Shown piece after piece: positions 20,617 to 30,390 of a stretch of 64,000 bases of DNA (position 1 is the stretch's first letter; the number at the start of each line of letters is the position of its first letter). Below the pieces are notes generated by a model. It was not told the DNA's origin. It saw nothing but the letters and a program-made list of their open reading frames with translations, and did no database searches. Source of the DNA: Pirellulales bacterium (GTDB lineage Bacteria; Planctomycetota; Planctomycetia; Pirellulales; JAICIG01); NCBI GenBank assembly GCA_040901675.1, contig JBBDYJ010000038.1:201376-265375 (forward strand). The letters run 5' to 3'. The position numbers and the translations under genes are program-made.

Positions 20617-21003
20617 GTGTCTACCTCCGGCCATATTCTCCTCGGCACCATCGTCTGGGCGGAAGTTAGGGAGCCCAACGGCACTCCGGTTGGCCCGCAT
20701 CCAGCAATGGTGCTCAACCGTCAAGAGGAGATCGACGCATTCCGGGATTTGCGGGTGGCGGTGTGTTCTACAGCCTTTGGCTACGCGCTCCCAGCCGGAT
20801 GGTTCGAGATTCCGAGTCAACCTGGTGGCCATCCACTGACTGGCTTGCACGAGGCCTGTGTTGTGAAGGCAACGTGGCTCCAAACCATTCCACAATCAGG
20901 TGTGATCCGGATCTCTGGCCGAGCACCTCGTAGAGTTTTCAAGCAGGTGCTCAACTGGCTTAAAGACGTAAATCCCCCGCGAACCAGACCGCCAGCCATG
21001 TAG
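20617..21003 (+). CDS. PemK/MazF-like toxin
   Basis: GTIVWAEV...GPHPAMVL...VAVCST...HPLTGLHEACVVKATW. Confidence 0.65.
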   Translation: MSTSGHILLGTIVWAEVREPNGTPVGPHPAMVLNRQEEIDAFRDLRVAVCSTAFGYALPAGWFEIPSQPGGHPLTGLHEACVVKATWLQTIPQSGVIRISGRAPRRVFKQVLNWLKDVNPPRTRPPAM

Positions 21004-21088
21004 CGCAATCTGTAAGCCAATTAGACCATACAACCCCAGAATCCGTGGCTGCGGATTTTCGCCGCTGGCACTAGGCTGGTCCCGATAG

Positions 21089-21292
21089 ATGATTCAAGTT
21101 TTGACGCTGCAGGTCCTGGTTCTGGATGAACGGCAGTCGTACGTCGAGCAGGACCAGAGCGGTGCACTTCCAGGCTTTCCACTGGATGAAGCTCAACGCC
21201 TGTTGGCCGCCAGGCAATCGGCCGACGAAACCAGGCTCGTGCGGCAGTTCCGATCGGCCATCCGGCCCGATCCGCCCGAAGCGCGACCTTGA
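21089..21292 (+). pseudogene. C-terminal fragment resembling a Uma2-family endonuclease
   Basis: LQVLVLDERQSYVEQDQSGALPGFPLDEAQRLL...DETRLVRQFR; no N-terminal part. Confidence 0.4.
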
Positions 21293-21375
21293 CGGTCCCA
21301 CAAGCCTCAACGGCTGTAGCGGTCGCCCGGGGCAAGACGACAAGGCGACAAGGGACAAGGGGACAAGGAGAACGG

Positions 21376-21455
21376 GAACGGACGAAGACTGGGGCACGCT
21401 TATCGCTTTGCCCCAGCCACCCAGGTCGCTGGAAGTTGTTCTTTGGTCATTCCCG
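21376..21455 (+). repeat. REP-like palindrome family A (GACTGGGGCACGCTTATCGCTTTGCCCCAGCCACCC)
   Basis: Near-identical copy at about 36245-36331 and an inverted copy at about 28371-28415. Confidence 0.8.
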
Positions 21456-21579
21456 GAGGCTTTTTTCCGGCGCCCGGGGCATCTAAGATGGTGCCTTGTT
21501 CCGCGGCAAAAGCCAAAACCTTCGGCGTGAAGGCGGGCGAACTCGTTTCTTATTCATTGCGGCTGTCCAGGAGCCTCTG

Positions 21580-23148
21580 ATGGGATCTGCGCGTACCCGG
21601 TTGTCGGTGATGATGTTCCTGCAGTACTTCGTCTGGGGCTCCTGGGGCGTCTCGGCCGGCGGGTACATGAACGACACGCTGCGGTTCGCCCCAGGCCAGA
21701 TCGGCTGGATCTACGCGACCACCGCCGTGGGGGCCATGATCTCCCCCTTGTTCGTCGGCTACTTTGCCGACCGATTCTTCGCCACGGAAAAGATCCTGGC
21801 CGCCTTGCACCTGCTGGGCGGCCTGCTGTTGTGCCTCGCCGCCGAGCAAACCAGCTTCGCACCGCTGATGGGCATCATGGTCGCCTACGCCGTCTGTTAC
21901 ATGCCCACCTTGGCCCTGACCAATTCCATCTCGTTCCACAACATCGGCAACCCGGACAAGGAGTTCCCCCGGATCCGGGTCTGGGGGACATTGGGGTGGA
22001 TCGTGGCCGGCCTGGTGGTCGGCATCCTGCTGGGCGGCACGCAAAAGTGGTTCTTCTACATGGCAGGCGGCTCGTCGCTGCTCTTGGGACTCTATTGCCT
22101 CACGCTGCCGCACACGCCGCCCCGCGGCACCGAGGCGGCCCAGGCCGACGTCATCGGAGTGGGGGCGATCGGCTTGTTGCGCGAGCCCTCGTTCGCCGTG
22201 TTCGTGTTCGCCTCGTTCCTGATCTGTATTCCGCTCGCCTTTTATTACGGCTTCGCCAACCAGTTCCTCACCGAGACCGACAGGCCGGCGCCCACGGCCT
22301 TGCAAACGCTGGGACAGATCTCCGAAGTCTTCTTCATGGCGGCGATGCCGTTCTTCATCCTGCGGCTGGGCGTCAAGTACATGCTCGTGGTCGGCATGCT
22401 GGCCTGGGTGGCCCGCTACTTCTGCTTCGCCACGTTGGACTTCAACCTGATTCTGCTGGGGCTGATCCTGCACGGCATCTGCTACGACTTTTTCTTTGTG
22501 GCCAGCCAAATCTATGTCGATAAGAAGGCGCCGCAGCACCTGCGGGCCAGCGCCCAGAGCTTCATCGCCTTCGTGACGCTCGGCGTGGGCATGTTCATCG
22601 GCACCAAAGTGGCGGGATACATCGTGGGCCTCTATCCGCCAGTCAGCGTGCCGGCCGTCGCGCGGGCCACCGCGGAACGAGACGAAGGCTCCGCCAAACA
22701 GGCGCCTCTGCCCGCCTGGGCCGGCGAGCAAGACACCAGCGCCTGGCGGTTTCTCGACCTCTCGACGCAAGTCCGGGCCTGGTGGTCTCCGCAGACCAGG
22801 CAGGTTCCGCCGCCCGACTTTGCCAAGCTGAACGACCGCGACGGAGACGGCAAGCTGACCCGCGACGAGATCCCGGAAAGGTGGGTCGAGCAGAAATCGG
22901 CTGAGCTATCCCCCGACGATCTGGTCTACTCCGGGGAAGATCTGAGGCGTGTCTTCCCGGAAATCGATCGCGACAACGACGGCGCCGTGACGCGCGCCGA
23001 ATGGCGCCAGGCGCAGGCCCATGGCTGGCGGACCATCTGGCTCTGGCCGGCCGCCATGGCGGGCGCCGCCTGCCTGATCTTCGTCTTGGGATTCCACGAT
23101 CCGATCGACGCTTTGCGCTCCAAATCAGACGACCAACTCGAGCCGTAG
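21580..23148 (+). CDS. MFS nucleoside:H+ symporter (NupG/YegT-like) with an EF-hand insertion
   Basis: MMFLQYFVWGSW, GYFADRFF, YMPTLALTNS, IRVWGTLGWI, GQISEVFFM, LHGICYDFFFV. Confidence 0.88.
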   Translation: MGSARTRLSVMMFLQYFVWGSWGVSAGGYMNDTLRFAPGQIGWIYATTAVGAMISPLFVGYFADRFFATEKILAALHLLGGLLLCLAAEQTSFAPLMGIMVAYAVCYMPTLALTNSISFHNIGNPDKEFPRIRVWGTLGWIVAGLVVGILLGGTQKWFFYMAGGSSLLLGLYCLTLPHTPPRGTEAAQADVIGVGAIGLLREPSFAVFVFASFLICIPLAFYYGFANQFLTETDRPAPTALQTLGQISEVFFMAAMPFFILRLGVKYMLVVGMLAWVARYFCFATLDFNLILLGLILHGICYDFFFVASQIYVDKKAPQHLRASAQSFIAFVTLGVGMFIGTKVAGYIVGLYPPVSVPAVARATAERDEGSAKQAPLPAWAGEQDTSAWRFLDLSTQVRAWWSPQTRQVPPPDFAKLNDRDGDGKLTRDEIPERWVEQKSAELSPDDLVYSGEDLRRVFPEIDRDNDGAVTRAEWRQAQAHGWRTIWLWPAAMAGAACLIFVLGFHDPIDALRSKSDDQLEP

Positions 23149-23162
23149 GTAAGGACCATCCC

Positions 23163-24107
23163 ATGGACGCGCAGTTCATTTTCGAAAAAGCCTCCTTTGC
23201 GAGCTGCCACGCCTCGACGCTGCTCGAGACACCGCCTGGCCAGTTGTTGGCGGCCTGGTTCGGCGGCACGCGCGAAGGGGCCGACGACGTGGCCATCTGG
23301 CTTTCGCGTTTCGACGGCCGCTGGTCGCAGCCGGAGAAAGTTGCCGAGCACGGCCGTCCCTGCTGGAACCCGGTCCTGTTCCGCGAGCGGGACAGCGGCG
23401 AAGTGCAACTCTACTACAAGGCGGGCCCCAGCCCCCAAACCTGGTCCGGCTTCTGCCGCCGCAGCCAGGACGGCGGCGCCACCTTCGGACCAACGGCGAT
23501 CCTGCCGGCCGGACTTTTGGGTCCGATCAAGAACAAGCCGGTGCAGTTGGACGACGGCACGATTCTCGCCCCCAGCTCGGTCGAGTCGTACAACGCCTGG
23601 GCCTGCTGGGTCGAACGCAGCACCGACGCCGGCCGCACCTGGAGCAAGCAGGGTCCGATCCACCACCCGGAGCATGCCGACGGGATTATTCAGCCCAGCA
23701 TCCTCAAGAGCGCCGATGGATCGTTGTTCATGCTGATGCGCAGCACCCGCGCCATCGGCCAGATCTGCCGGGCCGACAGCAGCGACGGCGGCCTGACTTG
23801 GACGGCGGCGCGGGCCCTGGACGACTTGCCGAACCCCAACTCCGGCATCGACGCCGTCACGCTGGCCGACGGTCGCCACGTGCTGGTCCATAACCCGACG
23901 CACGTGGGCCGCACGCCGCTGGTGCTCTCGGTCAGCGACGACGACGGCAAGAGCTGGAAATCGGCGCGCGTGCTGGAGAGCGAAGCGGGCGAGTATTCCT
24001 ACCCGGCGGTGATCCAGGCCGCCGACGGCGCCGTTCACGTCTCGTACACCTGGCGGCGGCAGCGAATCCGCCATCAGTCGTTTGCCGCGGACGACCTCAC
24101 AGGGTAA
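23163..24107 (+). CDS. BNR/Asp-box sialidase-family protein
   Basis: CHASTL, AWFGGTREG, Asp boxes SQDGGATF, STDAGRTW, SSDGGLTW, SDDDGKSW; EYSYP. Confidence 0.88.
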   Translation: MDAQFIFEKASFASCHASTLLETPPGQLLAAWFGGTREGADDVAIWLSRFDGRWSQPEKVAEHGRPCWNPVLFRERDSGEVQLYYKAGPSPQTWSGFCRRSQDGGATFGPTAILPAGLLGPIKNKPVQLDDGTILAPSSVESYNAWACWVERSTDAGRTWSKQGPIHHPEHADGIIQPSILKSADGSLFMLMRSTRAIGQICRADSSDGGLTWTAARALDDLPNPNSGIDAVTLADGRHVLVHNPTHVGRTPLVLSVSDDDGKSWKSARVLESEAGEYSYPAVIQAADGAVHVSYTWRRQRIRHQSFAADDLTG

Positions 24108-24224
24108 AAGAATCGCCACGCAAGCCTGTCACGCTCGGCGCTGGCGCTGCCGGACAAGCCGCACGTCGCCGGCCTGCCCCAGCCGCTCTACCGCCCGCTG
24201 TCCGCCACCCGTCGATCGCTGCCG

Positions 24225-27200
24225 ATGAAGCCCATCCAAAAACTGCTGGTCGCCAACCGAAGCGAAATCGCCATCCGCGTCTTCCGCACCGCCCACGAGC
24301 TGGGCATTCGGACCGTGGCCATCTATTCGGCCGAGGATCGCTTCGCGCTGCACCGCTTCAAGGCCGACGAAGCCTACGCGATCGGCCGGGCCGGCGAACC
24401 GATCCGGGCCTACCTCGACATCGAGGGAATCATCGAGCTGGCCCTCAAGCACGACGTGGACGCCCTGCACCCGGGCTACGGGTTCCTGTCCGAGAATCCC
24501 GACCTGGCACGGGCCTGCGTCCGGGCGGGCATCACGTTTTGCGGGCCGCCCGCCGAGTTGCTCGACAAGCTGGGCGACAAGCTGGTCGCCCGCAAGCTGG
24601 CCCAGCAAGCGGGGGTGAGCGTGCTGGCCGGCAGCAGCCAGCCGCTGGCCAATGCCAAGGCGGCGGCGAGCTCGGCGAAGGAGCTCGGCTACCCGGTATT
24701 GCTGAAGGCGGCCAAGGGGGGCGGCGGACGCGGCATGCGCGTGGTCAAGGGGCCGGCCGAGCTGGCCGGGGCGCTGGAGCAGGCCCAGCGCGAGGCGCAG
24801 TCGGCCTTCGGCAGCCCGGACGTGTTCCTGGAAAAGTACATCGAGCGGCCCCGGCACATCGAAGTGCAGTTGATGGGCGACCGGCATGGCAACCTGGTGC
24901 ACCTCTTCGAACGCGATTGTTCGTTGCAGCGGCGGTACCAGAAGGTGGTCGAAATCGCTCCCGCCTTGAACCTCGACCCGCGATTGCGGGAGCAACTCTG
25001 CCAGGCGGCCCTGACGATCGGCCGCGCCGTGCGTTACGAGAGCGCCGGCACGGTGGAGTTCCTGGTCGACTCCGATACGGGCGCGTTCTATTTCATCGAG
25101 GTCAACCCGCGGATCCAGGTCGAGCATACCTGCACCGAGGAGGTCACGGGGGTCGACCTGGTCAAGTGCCAGTTGCTGGTGGCACAAGGGCTGCCTCTGG
25201 ACGACCCGGAAATCGGGCTGGGTTCGCAGCAGGCGATCCGCGCCGACGGCTATGCCGTGCAGTGCCGGATCACCACCGAGGACCCGCTGAACAGCTTTCG
25301 CCCGGATTACGGGCGCGTGGACCACTACCGGTCGACCGGCGGGCCCGGCGTGCGGCTCGATGCGGGCACGGCGTTCTCCGGCGCGGTGGTCACGCCCTAC
25401 TACGATTCGCTGCTGGTCAAGATCGTCACGTCGGGGAAGCGCTTCACCGACGCGGCGCGGCGCATGGAACGTTGCCTGCAGGAGTTCCGCATCCGGGGCG
25501 TCAAGACCAACATCCCCTTCCTGATCAACCTGGTCACGCATCCCAAGTTTCTCGAAGGGGGTTACACGACCAGGTTCCTGGACGAGACCCCTGAACTGTT
25601 CCAGTTCGTGGCCCGGCGCGACCGGGCAACGCGGCTGTTTCATTACCTGGCCGACGTGGTCGTCAACGGGCATCCGCTGGTCAAGACGCAGCCGGCCGGG
25701 ATGCGCCGCGATCCGGCCCCGGTGCCCGACGTCGGCCACCAGGTCGAGATTCCCCCCGGCACGCGGCAACGGCTGCTCGAGCTGGGGGCCGAGCGCTTCA
25801 GCCGCTGGGTGCTCGATCAAAAACAACTGCTGCTCACCGACACGACGCTCCGCGACGCTCACCAGTCGCTGTTGGCCACGCGGCTGCGGACCTACGACAT
25901 GCTGGCCATTGCCGACACCTACGCCCGCCGGCACGCGGGGCTGTTCTCCATCGAGATGTGGGGGGGCGCCACGTTCGACACGGCCATGCGGTTCCTCAAG
26001 GAATGCCCTTGGGAGCGCCTGACCGATCTGCGGCAGAAGATCCCCAACATCCTGTTCCAGATGCTCTTGCGCGCTTCGAACGCCCTGGGCTATTCGAACT
26101 ATCCGGACAACGTGGTGCGTGCTTTTGTCGAGGAAGCGGCCTCCGCGGGAATCGACCTGTTCCGCATCTTCGATTCGCTCAATTGGGTGCCCAACATGCG
26201 GGTGGCCATGGACGCCGTGCTCTCCACCGGCGCCGTGTGCGAAGCGGCCATCTGCTACACGGGCGACGTGCTCGATGCCAAGCGCACCAAGTACGACCTG
26301 AAATACTACGTGGAGCTGGCCCGCGAGCTGGAGTCGATGGGGGCCCACATCCTGGCCATCAAGGACATGGCCGGGCTGTGCAAGCCCTTCGCGGCGGAGC
26401 TTCTGGTCCGCACGCTCAAGCAGGAAGTCGGCATTCCCATCCACTTCCACACGCACGACACCAGCGGAGTGCAGGCGGCCGCCATTCTGAAGGCCGCCGA
26501 GGTCGGGCTGGATATTGCCGACGCGGCCATGGCCCCGCTGTCCGGGCTGACGTCGCAGCCCAACTTGAACTCGGTGGTCGAATCGCTGCGGTTCACGCCG
26601 CGCGACACCGGCTTGAGCGGCGACGACCTGGAGCTGACGGCCCAGTACTGGGAGGCGGTCCGCGAGTTTTACGCTCCGTTCGAAACCAGCATGAAGGCCA
26701 GCACGGCCGACGTCTACCGCAACGAGATGCCCGGCGGCCAGTACACCAACCTGTTCGAGCAGGCGCAGGCGATCGGGTTGGGACGGCGCTGGCACGAGAT
26801 CTGCCGAATGTATGCGGAGGTGAACCGCCTATTTGGCGACATCGTCAAGGTGACGCCTTCGTCCAAGGCCGTGGGCGACATGGCCTTATTTCTGGTGGTC
26901 AACAACCTCACGGTGGCCGACGTGTTGGATCCGAAACGGGACCTGAACTTTCCCGAATCGGTGGTCGATTTGATGGCGGGGCGGATGGGCCGGCCGCCCG
27001 GCGGGTTTCCGACGAAAGTACAGAAGCGGATTTTGCGCGGGCAAAAGCCGCTCGGCGGCCGGCCGGGCGCCAGCCTGCCGCCCGCCGATTTCGAGGCCAC
27101 TGCCGACGAACTGGCGCGGGCTTGGGGCCGGCCGCCGTCGCGGCGCGACGTGCTCTCGTACCTGATCTACCCGCGCGTGCTCGGCGAGTTGGTGGAGCAC

Positions 27201-27668
27201 CAGGTGAAGTACGGCGACACCGGCATCTTGCCGACGCCCACCTTTTTCTATGGTCCGGTCCCCAACGAGGAGCTCAGCGTCGACATCGAGCCGGGCAAGA
27301 CCCTGATCATCAAGCTCCTGACCGTGGGCGAGCCTCACCCCGATGGCCGTCGGACGGTGTTTTTTGAGCTCAACGGCCAGCCCCGCGATGTCACCGTCCG
27401 CGACGTGTCGCTGGATGCGGAGGTCGAAAGCCGGCCCAAGGCCGACCCGAACAACGCCACCCACGTGGCTGCCCCGATGCCCGGCATGGTGGTGCACGTC
27501 GGCGTGCAGGCCGGCGACACCGTGGCCCAGGGTGCCAAGCTATTGACCATGGAAGCCATGAAGATGGAGACGACCCTCTACGCCGAGCGCGACGGCCAGA
27601 TTGCCGAGGTCCTCGTCCAGCCGGGTCACCAGGTGGACACCGGCGACCTCGTCGTCCGCTGGGAATAG
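24225..27668 (+). CDS. pyc: Pyruvate carboxylase
   Basis: ANRSEIAIR, HPGYGFLSE, LRDAHQSL, IKDMAGL, EAMKM biotin site; 1147 aa. Confidence 0.97.
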   Translation: MKPIQKLLVANRSEIAIRVFRTAHELGIRTVAIYSAEDRFALHRFKADEAYAIGRAGEPIRAYLDIEGIIELALKHDVDALHPGYGFLSENPDLARACVRAGITFCGPPAELLDKLGDKLVARKLAQQAGVSVLAGSSQPLANAKAAASSAKELGYPVLLKAAKGGGGRGMRVVKGPAELAGALEQAQREAQSAFGSPDVFLEKYIERPRHIEVQLMGDRHGNLVHLFERDCSLQRRYQKVVEIAPALNLDPRLREQLCQAALTIGRAVRYESAGTVEFLVDSDTGAFYFIEVNPRIQVEHTCTEEVTGVDLVKCQLLVAQGLPLDDPEIGLGSQQAIRADGYAVQCRITTEDPLNSFRPDYGRVDHYRSTGGPGVRLDAGTAFSGAVVTPYYDSLLVKIVTSGKRFTDAARRMERCLQEFRIRGVKTNIPFLINLVTHPKFLEGGYTTRFLDETPELFQFVARRDRATRLFHYLADVVVNGHPLVKTQPAGMRRDPAPVPDVGHQVEIPPGTRQRLLELGAERFSRWVLDQKQLLLTDTTLRDAHQSLLATRLRTYDMLAIADTYARRHAGLFSIEMWGGATFDTAMRFLKECPWERLTDLRQKIPNILFQMLLRASNALGYSNYPDNVVRAFVEEAASAGIDLFRIFDSLNWVPNMRVAMDAVLSTGAVCEAAICYTGDVLDAKRTKYDLKYYVELARELESMGAHILAIKDMAGLCKPFAAELLVRTLKQEVGIPIHFHTHDTSGVQAAAILKAAEVGLDIADAAMAPLSGLTSQPNLNSVVESLRFTPRDTGLSGDDLELTAQYWEAVREFYAPFETSMKASTADVYRNEMPGGQYTNLFEQAQAIGLGRRWHEICRMYAEVNRLFGDIVKVTPSSKAVGDMALFLVVNNLTVADVLDPKRDLNFPESVVDLMAGRMGRPPGGFPTKVQKRILRGQKPLGGRPGASLPPADFEATADELARAWGRPPSRRDVLSYLIYPRVLGELVEHQVKYGDTGILPTPTFFYGPVPNEELSVDIEPGKTLIIKLLTVGEPHPDGRRTVFFELNGQPRDVTVRDVSLDAEVESRPKADPNNATHVAAPMPGMVVHVGVQAGDTVAQGAKLLTMEAMKMETTLYAERDGQIAEVLVQPGHQVDTGDLVVRWE

Positions 27669-27671
27669 GCT

Positions 27672-27776
27672 CGTAGCGACCCCATTTATGGGGTCCTGCT
27701 GGGTTCGTAGTGACCCCATTCATGGGGTCTTCTGCCGCGCAACGAGAAAAGACCCCATCAATGGGGTCGCTACGAA
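27672..27776. repeat. GTAG-type REP cluster (GTAGCGACCCCATTTATGGGGTC, three copies)
   Basis: Two direct copies and one inverted copy between convergent genes. Confidence 0.8.
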
Positions 27777-28306
27777 CGGAGGAACTCGATGATCGCGCGG
27801 CAAAAATCGGGCAAGTCGTCCGGCTTGCGGCTGGAGATGAAGTGCCGGTCGACGACCACGGCCGCGTCCTGCCAGATTGCGCCGGCGTTGACCAGGTCGT
27901 CCTTGATGCCGGCCGAACCGGTCACTTGCACCTGGCGATAGACGCCGGCCGAGATCGGAATCCAGCCGCCATGGCAGATGGCCGCCACCAGTTTTCCTGC
28001 CGCGGCGAACTGGCGGACCAGGTCCAGCACCTTGGGATCGCGGCGCAGCTTGTCCGGCATGAAGCCGCCGGGAATGACCACGCCGTCGAAGTCGGCCGAC
28101 CTCATTTCGGCGATGGCCGCGTCCGAGCGGCACGGATAGCCGTGCTTTCCGGTGTAGGTCTGCTCGGCGCGTGGGCCGGCCACGGTCACGCGGGCGCCCG
28201 CTTCGATCAGCCGCAGCTTCGGATACCAGAGCTCCAGATCCTCGTACACGTCCTCGACGAACATCAGCAGACGCTTGTCCGCCAACGGCAACTGTGCAGG
28301 CGCCAT
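27770..28306 (-). CDS. PfpI/DJ-1 family type 1 glutamine amidotransferase-like protein
   Basis: YEDLELWYP, IPGGFMPDKLR, AICHG, SSRKPDDLP. Confidence 0.92.
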   Translation of the reverse strand: MAPAQLPLADKRLLMFVEDVYEDLELWYPKLRLIEAGARVTVAGPRAEQTYTGKHGYPCRSDAAIAEMRSADFDGVVIPGGFMPDKLRRDPKVLDLVRQFAAAGKLVAAICHGGWIPISAGVYRQVQVTGSAGIKDDLVNAGAIWQDAAVVVDRHFISSRKPDDLPDFCRAIIEFLRS

Positions 28307-28370
28307 GGGAAAGTCCGGGGTCAGAGGTCAGAAGTCAGAGGTCAGAGGCTGTGAATAAATCCCCCCGCCG

Positions 28371-28415
28371 GGTGCCTGGGTCAAAGCGTTAGCGTGCCCC
28401 AGTCTTCGTCCGTCC
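28371..28415 (-). repeat. REP-like palindrome family A (inverted copy)
   Basis: Reverse complement reads GGACGAAGACTGGGGCACGCTAACGCTTTGACCCAGGCACC. Confidence 0.7.
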
Positions 28416-28453
28416 GCGTTCCTATTCCTCCTTCCTCCTTCTGCCTTCCTCCC

Positions 28454-30223
28454 TCATTCTTCCTCTTTCGTCCTTTGCTCGCAATACTCCGTCACGATCC
28501 GCTCGAGCACTTCCAGCGGCACGGCCCCCGAACCGAGCACCACGTCGTGGAACTCCCGGATGTCGAACCGCGTGCCCAGCCGCTCCTCGGCCATGCCTCG
28601 CAATTCACGGATCTTCAGCTCGCCGATCTTGTAGGCCAAGGCCTGCCCCGGCCAGGCAATGTAGCGATCGACCTCGGTCGTGATGTTGTGCCTCGTCAGG
28701 GCCGTGTTGTCGGCCATGAACTGGATCGCCTGCTCGCGCGACCAGCCCAGGTAATGCATGCCCGTATCGACCACCAGGCGGCAGGCCCGCCACATCTCGT
28801 AGCTCAAGCGGCCGAAGTCGCTGTAAGGGTCCTGGTAAAAGCCCGTTTCCAGCCCCAGACGTTCGGCATAGAGAGCCCACCCCTCGACGAAGGCGGTGAA
28901 ACCCGCAAAACGCTGGAAATCGGGCACGCCCTCCAGCTCCTGCTGCCTGGCGATCTGCAGGTGGTGCCCCGGCACCGCCTCGTGCAGCGAGAGCGCTTCG
29001 ATCTCGTAGAGCGGCCGGCTCTTGAGGTTGTACGTGTTCACGTAGTAGAAACCGGCCCGGCTGCCGTCGCCGGCGCCGGGCGAGTAATAGGCCGTCGTGG
29101 TGCTGGGAGCGATGAACTTCGGCACTTCGCGAATGCCATACGACAGCCGCGGCAGCGTCTGGAAGAGCCTGGGCAGCTCGCCGTCCATCCGCTTCAGGAC
29201 AACGGCCACCTCCTTCATCAACTGTTCCGGCGTATCGACGTAAAAACGGGGATCCGTGCGGAGGAACTCCACAAAGGCGGCAAAGTCGCCTTCGAATCCG
29301 CTGCGGCGGATGACCTCGTGCATCTCGGCCTTGATGCGGGCCACTTCGGCCAGGCCCACGTCGTGGACTTGCTGCGGCTCAAGATCGAGCGTGGTGAACT
29401 GCCGCACCCGGTGCCGGTAGAACTCACGTCCTTCGGGCAGGGCCGAAGCGCCCACTTCGCCGCGTGCCGCCGGCACGTACTCCTCGCGCATGAAGTCGAG
29501 GAACCGCTGGTAGGCCGGCACGACGCTCTGGAGAATCGCCTGCTGCCCCTGGCGGGCCAGCCGCTGGTGCTCATCGTCGGGCACCATCGTGGGGAATTCC
29601 TGGAATGGCTCGTACAGCAGGCTGCGCTTCGGATCGTCGACGATCTGGGCGCGGATCGGCTCGTCGTAACCGGCCAGCACTACGGCAGGCAACGTCAGCT
29701 CCTGGCGGATGCCCTCGCGCATCAGCTCGATGTGTTCGTCGGTGTAGCGGGCGAAGTCCCGCAGCCGGGCGATGTAGTTTTCGTAGTCCTCGACCGTGTC
29801 CAGCGGCACGTCCTTGGGCAGATCGGGAAACGAGATGTGGAAGCCGCTGCGGTTGGTGATCGGCATCAGGTGCGTCTGGAACTGGTGCTCGGCGATCTCG
29901 TCCTGCTTCAACCGCCCGAAGATGTCATAGCTGATCCGCTCGCTGGGCGAGAGCCCCGAGCGATCGATGCCGCGCAGCCGCTCGACCAGCGCCTGCCGCT
30001 GGCCGAGCCGCCGCTGGTGGTCGGACAGCGTGACGCGGGGCAAGCGATCGTTGTAGCGCCGCAAGCCGAAGTGCGTTGCCAGAAGCGGGTCGTCGGCCAG
30101 CTCGGCTTCCCAGGCCTCGCTGAACAAGCGCTCGAGTTGTTCACTGGCCATTTCGCCGCCCCGGGCCCAGGCGCCGCAAGTGAGTGTCATCACTAAACAA
30201 AGCAGCAAGCGGTGCAATCGCAA
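28454..30223 (-). CDS. DUF885 family exported protein
   Basis: LHEAVPGHHLQ, EGWALYAE, RACRLVVDTGMH, WPGQALAYKIG; TTG start with GGAGG RBS and signal peptide. Confidence 0.92.
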   Translation of the reverse strand: MRLHRLLLCLVMTLTCGAWARGGEMASEQLERLFSEAWEAELADDPLLATHFGLRRYNDRLPRVTLSDHQRRLGQRQALVERLRGIDRSGLSPSERISYDIFGRLKQDEIAEHQFQTHLMPITNRSGFHISFPDLPKDVPLDTVEDYENYIARLRDFARYTDEHIELMREGIRQELTLPAVVLAGYDEPIRAQIVDDPKRSLLYEPFQEFPTMVPDDEHQRLARQGQQAILQSVVPAYQRFLDFMREEYVPAARGEVGASALPEGREFYRHRVRQFTTLDLEPQQVHDVGLAEVARIKAEMHEVIRRSGFEGDFAAFVEFLRTDPRFYVDTPEQLMKEVAVVLKRMDGELPRLFQTLPRLSYGIREVPKFIAPSTTTAYYSPGAGDGSRAGFYYVNTYNLKSRPLYEIEALSLHEAVPGHHLQIARQQELEGVPDFQRFAGFTAFVEGWALYAERLGLETGFYQDPYSDFGRLSYEMWRACRLVVDTGMHYLGWSREQAIQFMADNTALTRHNITTEVDRYIAWPGQALAYKIGELKIRELRGMAEERLGTRFDIREFHDVVLGSGAVPLEVLERIVTEYCEQRTKEEE

Positions 30224-30390
30224 GACAACCTCCGAAACGGCTACGACCTGCTCGATGAACGCCAGAATTCGTTGCGAGCAATGTGAATGACGGCCGCTTG
30301 ACCGGCTGTCCGGGAGAGAACCAGCATCAGACTCGTGCCCGCCTGGCTTCTGGATGCCGCACGTCAAGCCCCGCCGGCGACCGAGCCGAC

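Noticed and set aside
20900..21500. attR copy of the tRNA-Ala 3' end
   Set aside because: No match longer than TTCAAGT found by eye, so the right boundary is inferred from gene content only.
24129..26795. Long antisense or alternate-frame ORFs (also 28394-30196, 33711-35852, 37513-39720, 58494-60368)
   Set aside because: Shadows of well-supported genes; expected in high-GC DNA with strong codon bias, with no recognisable motifs.
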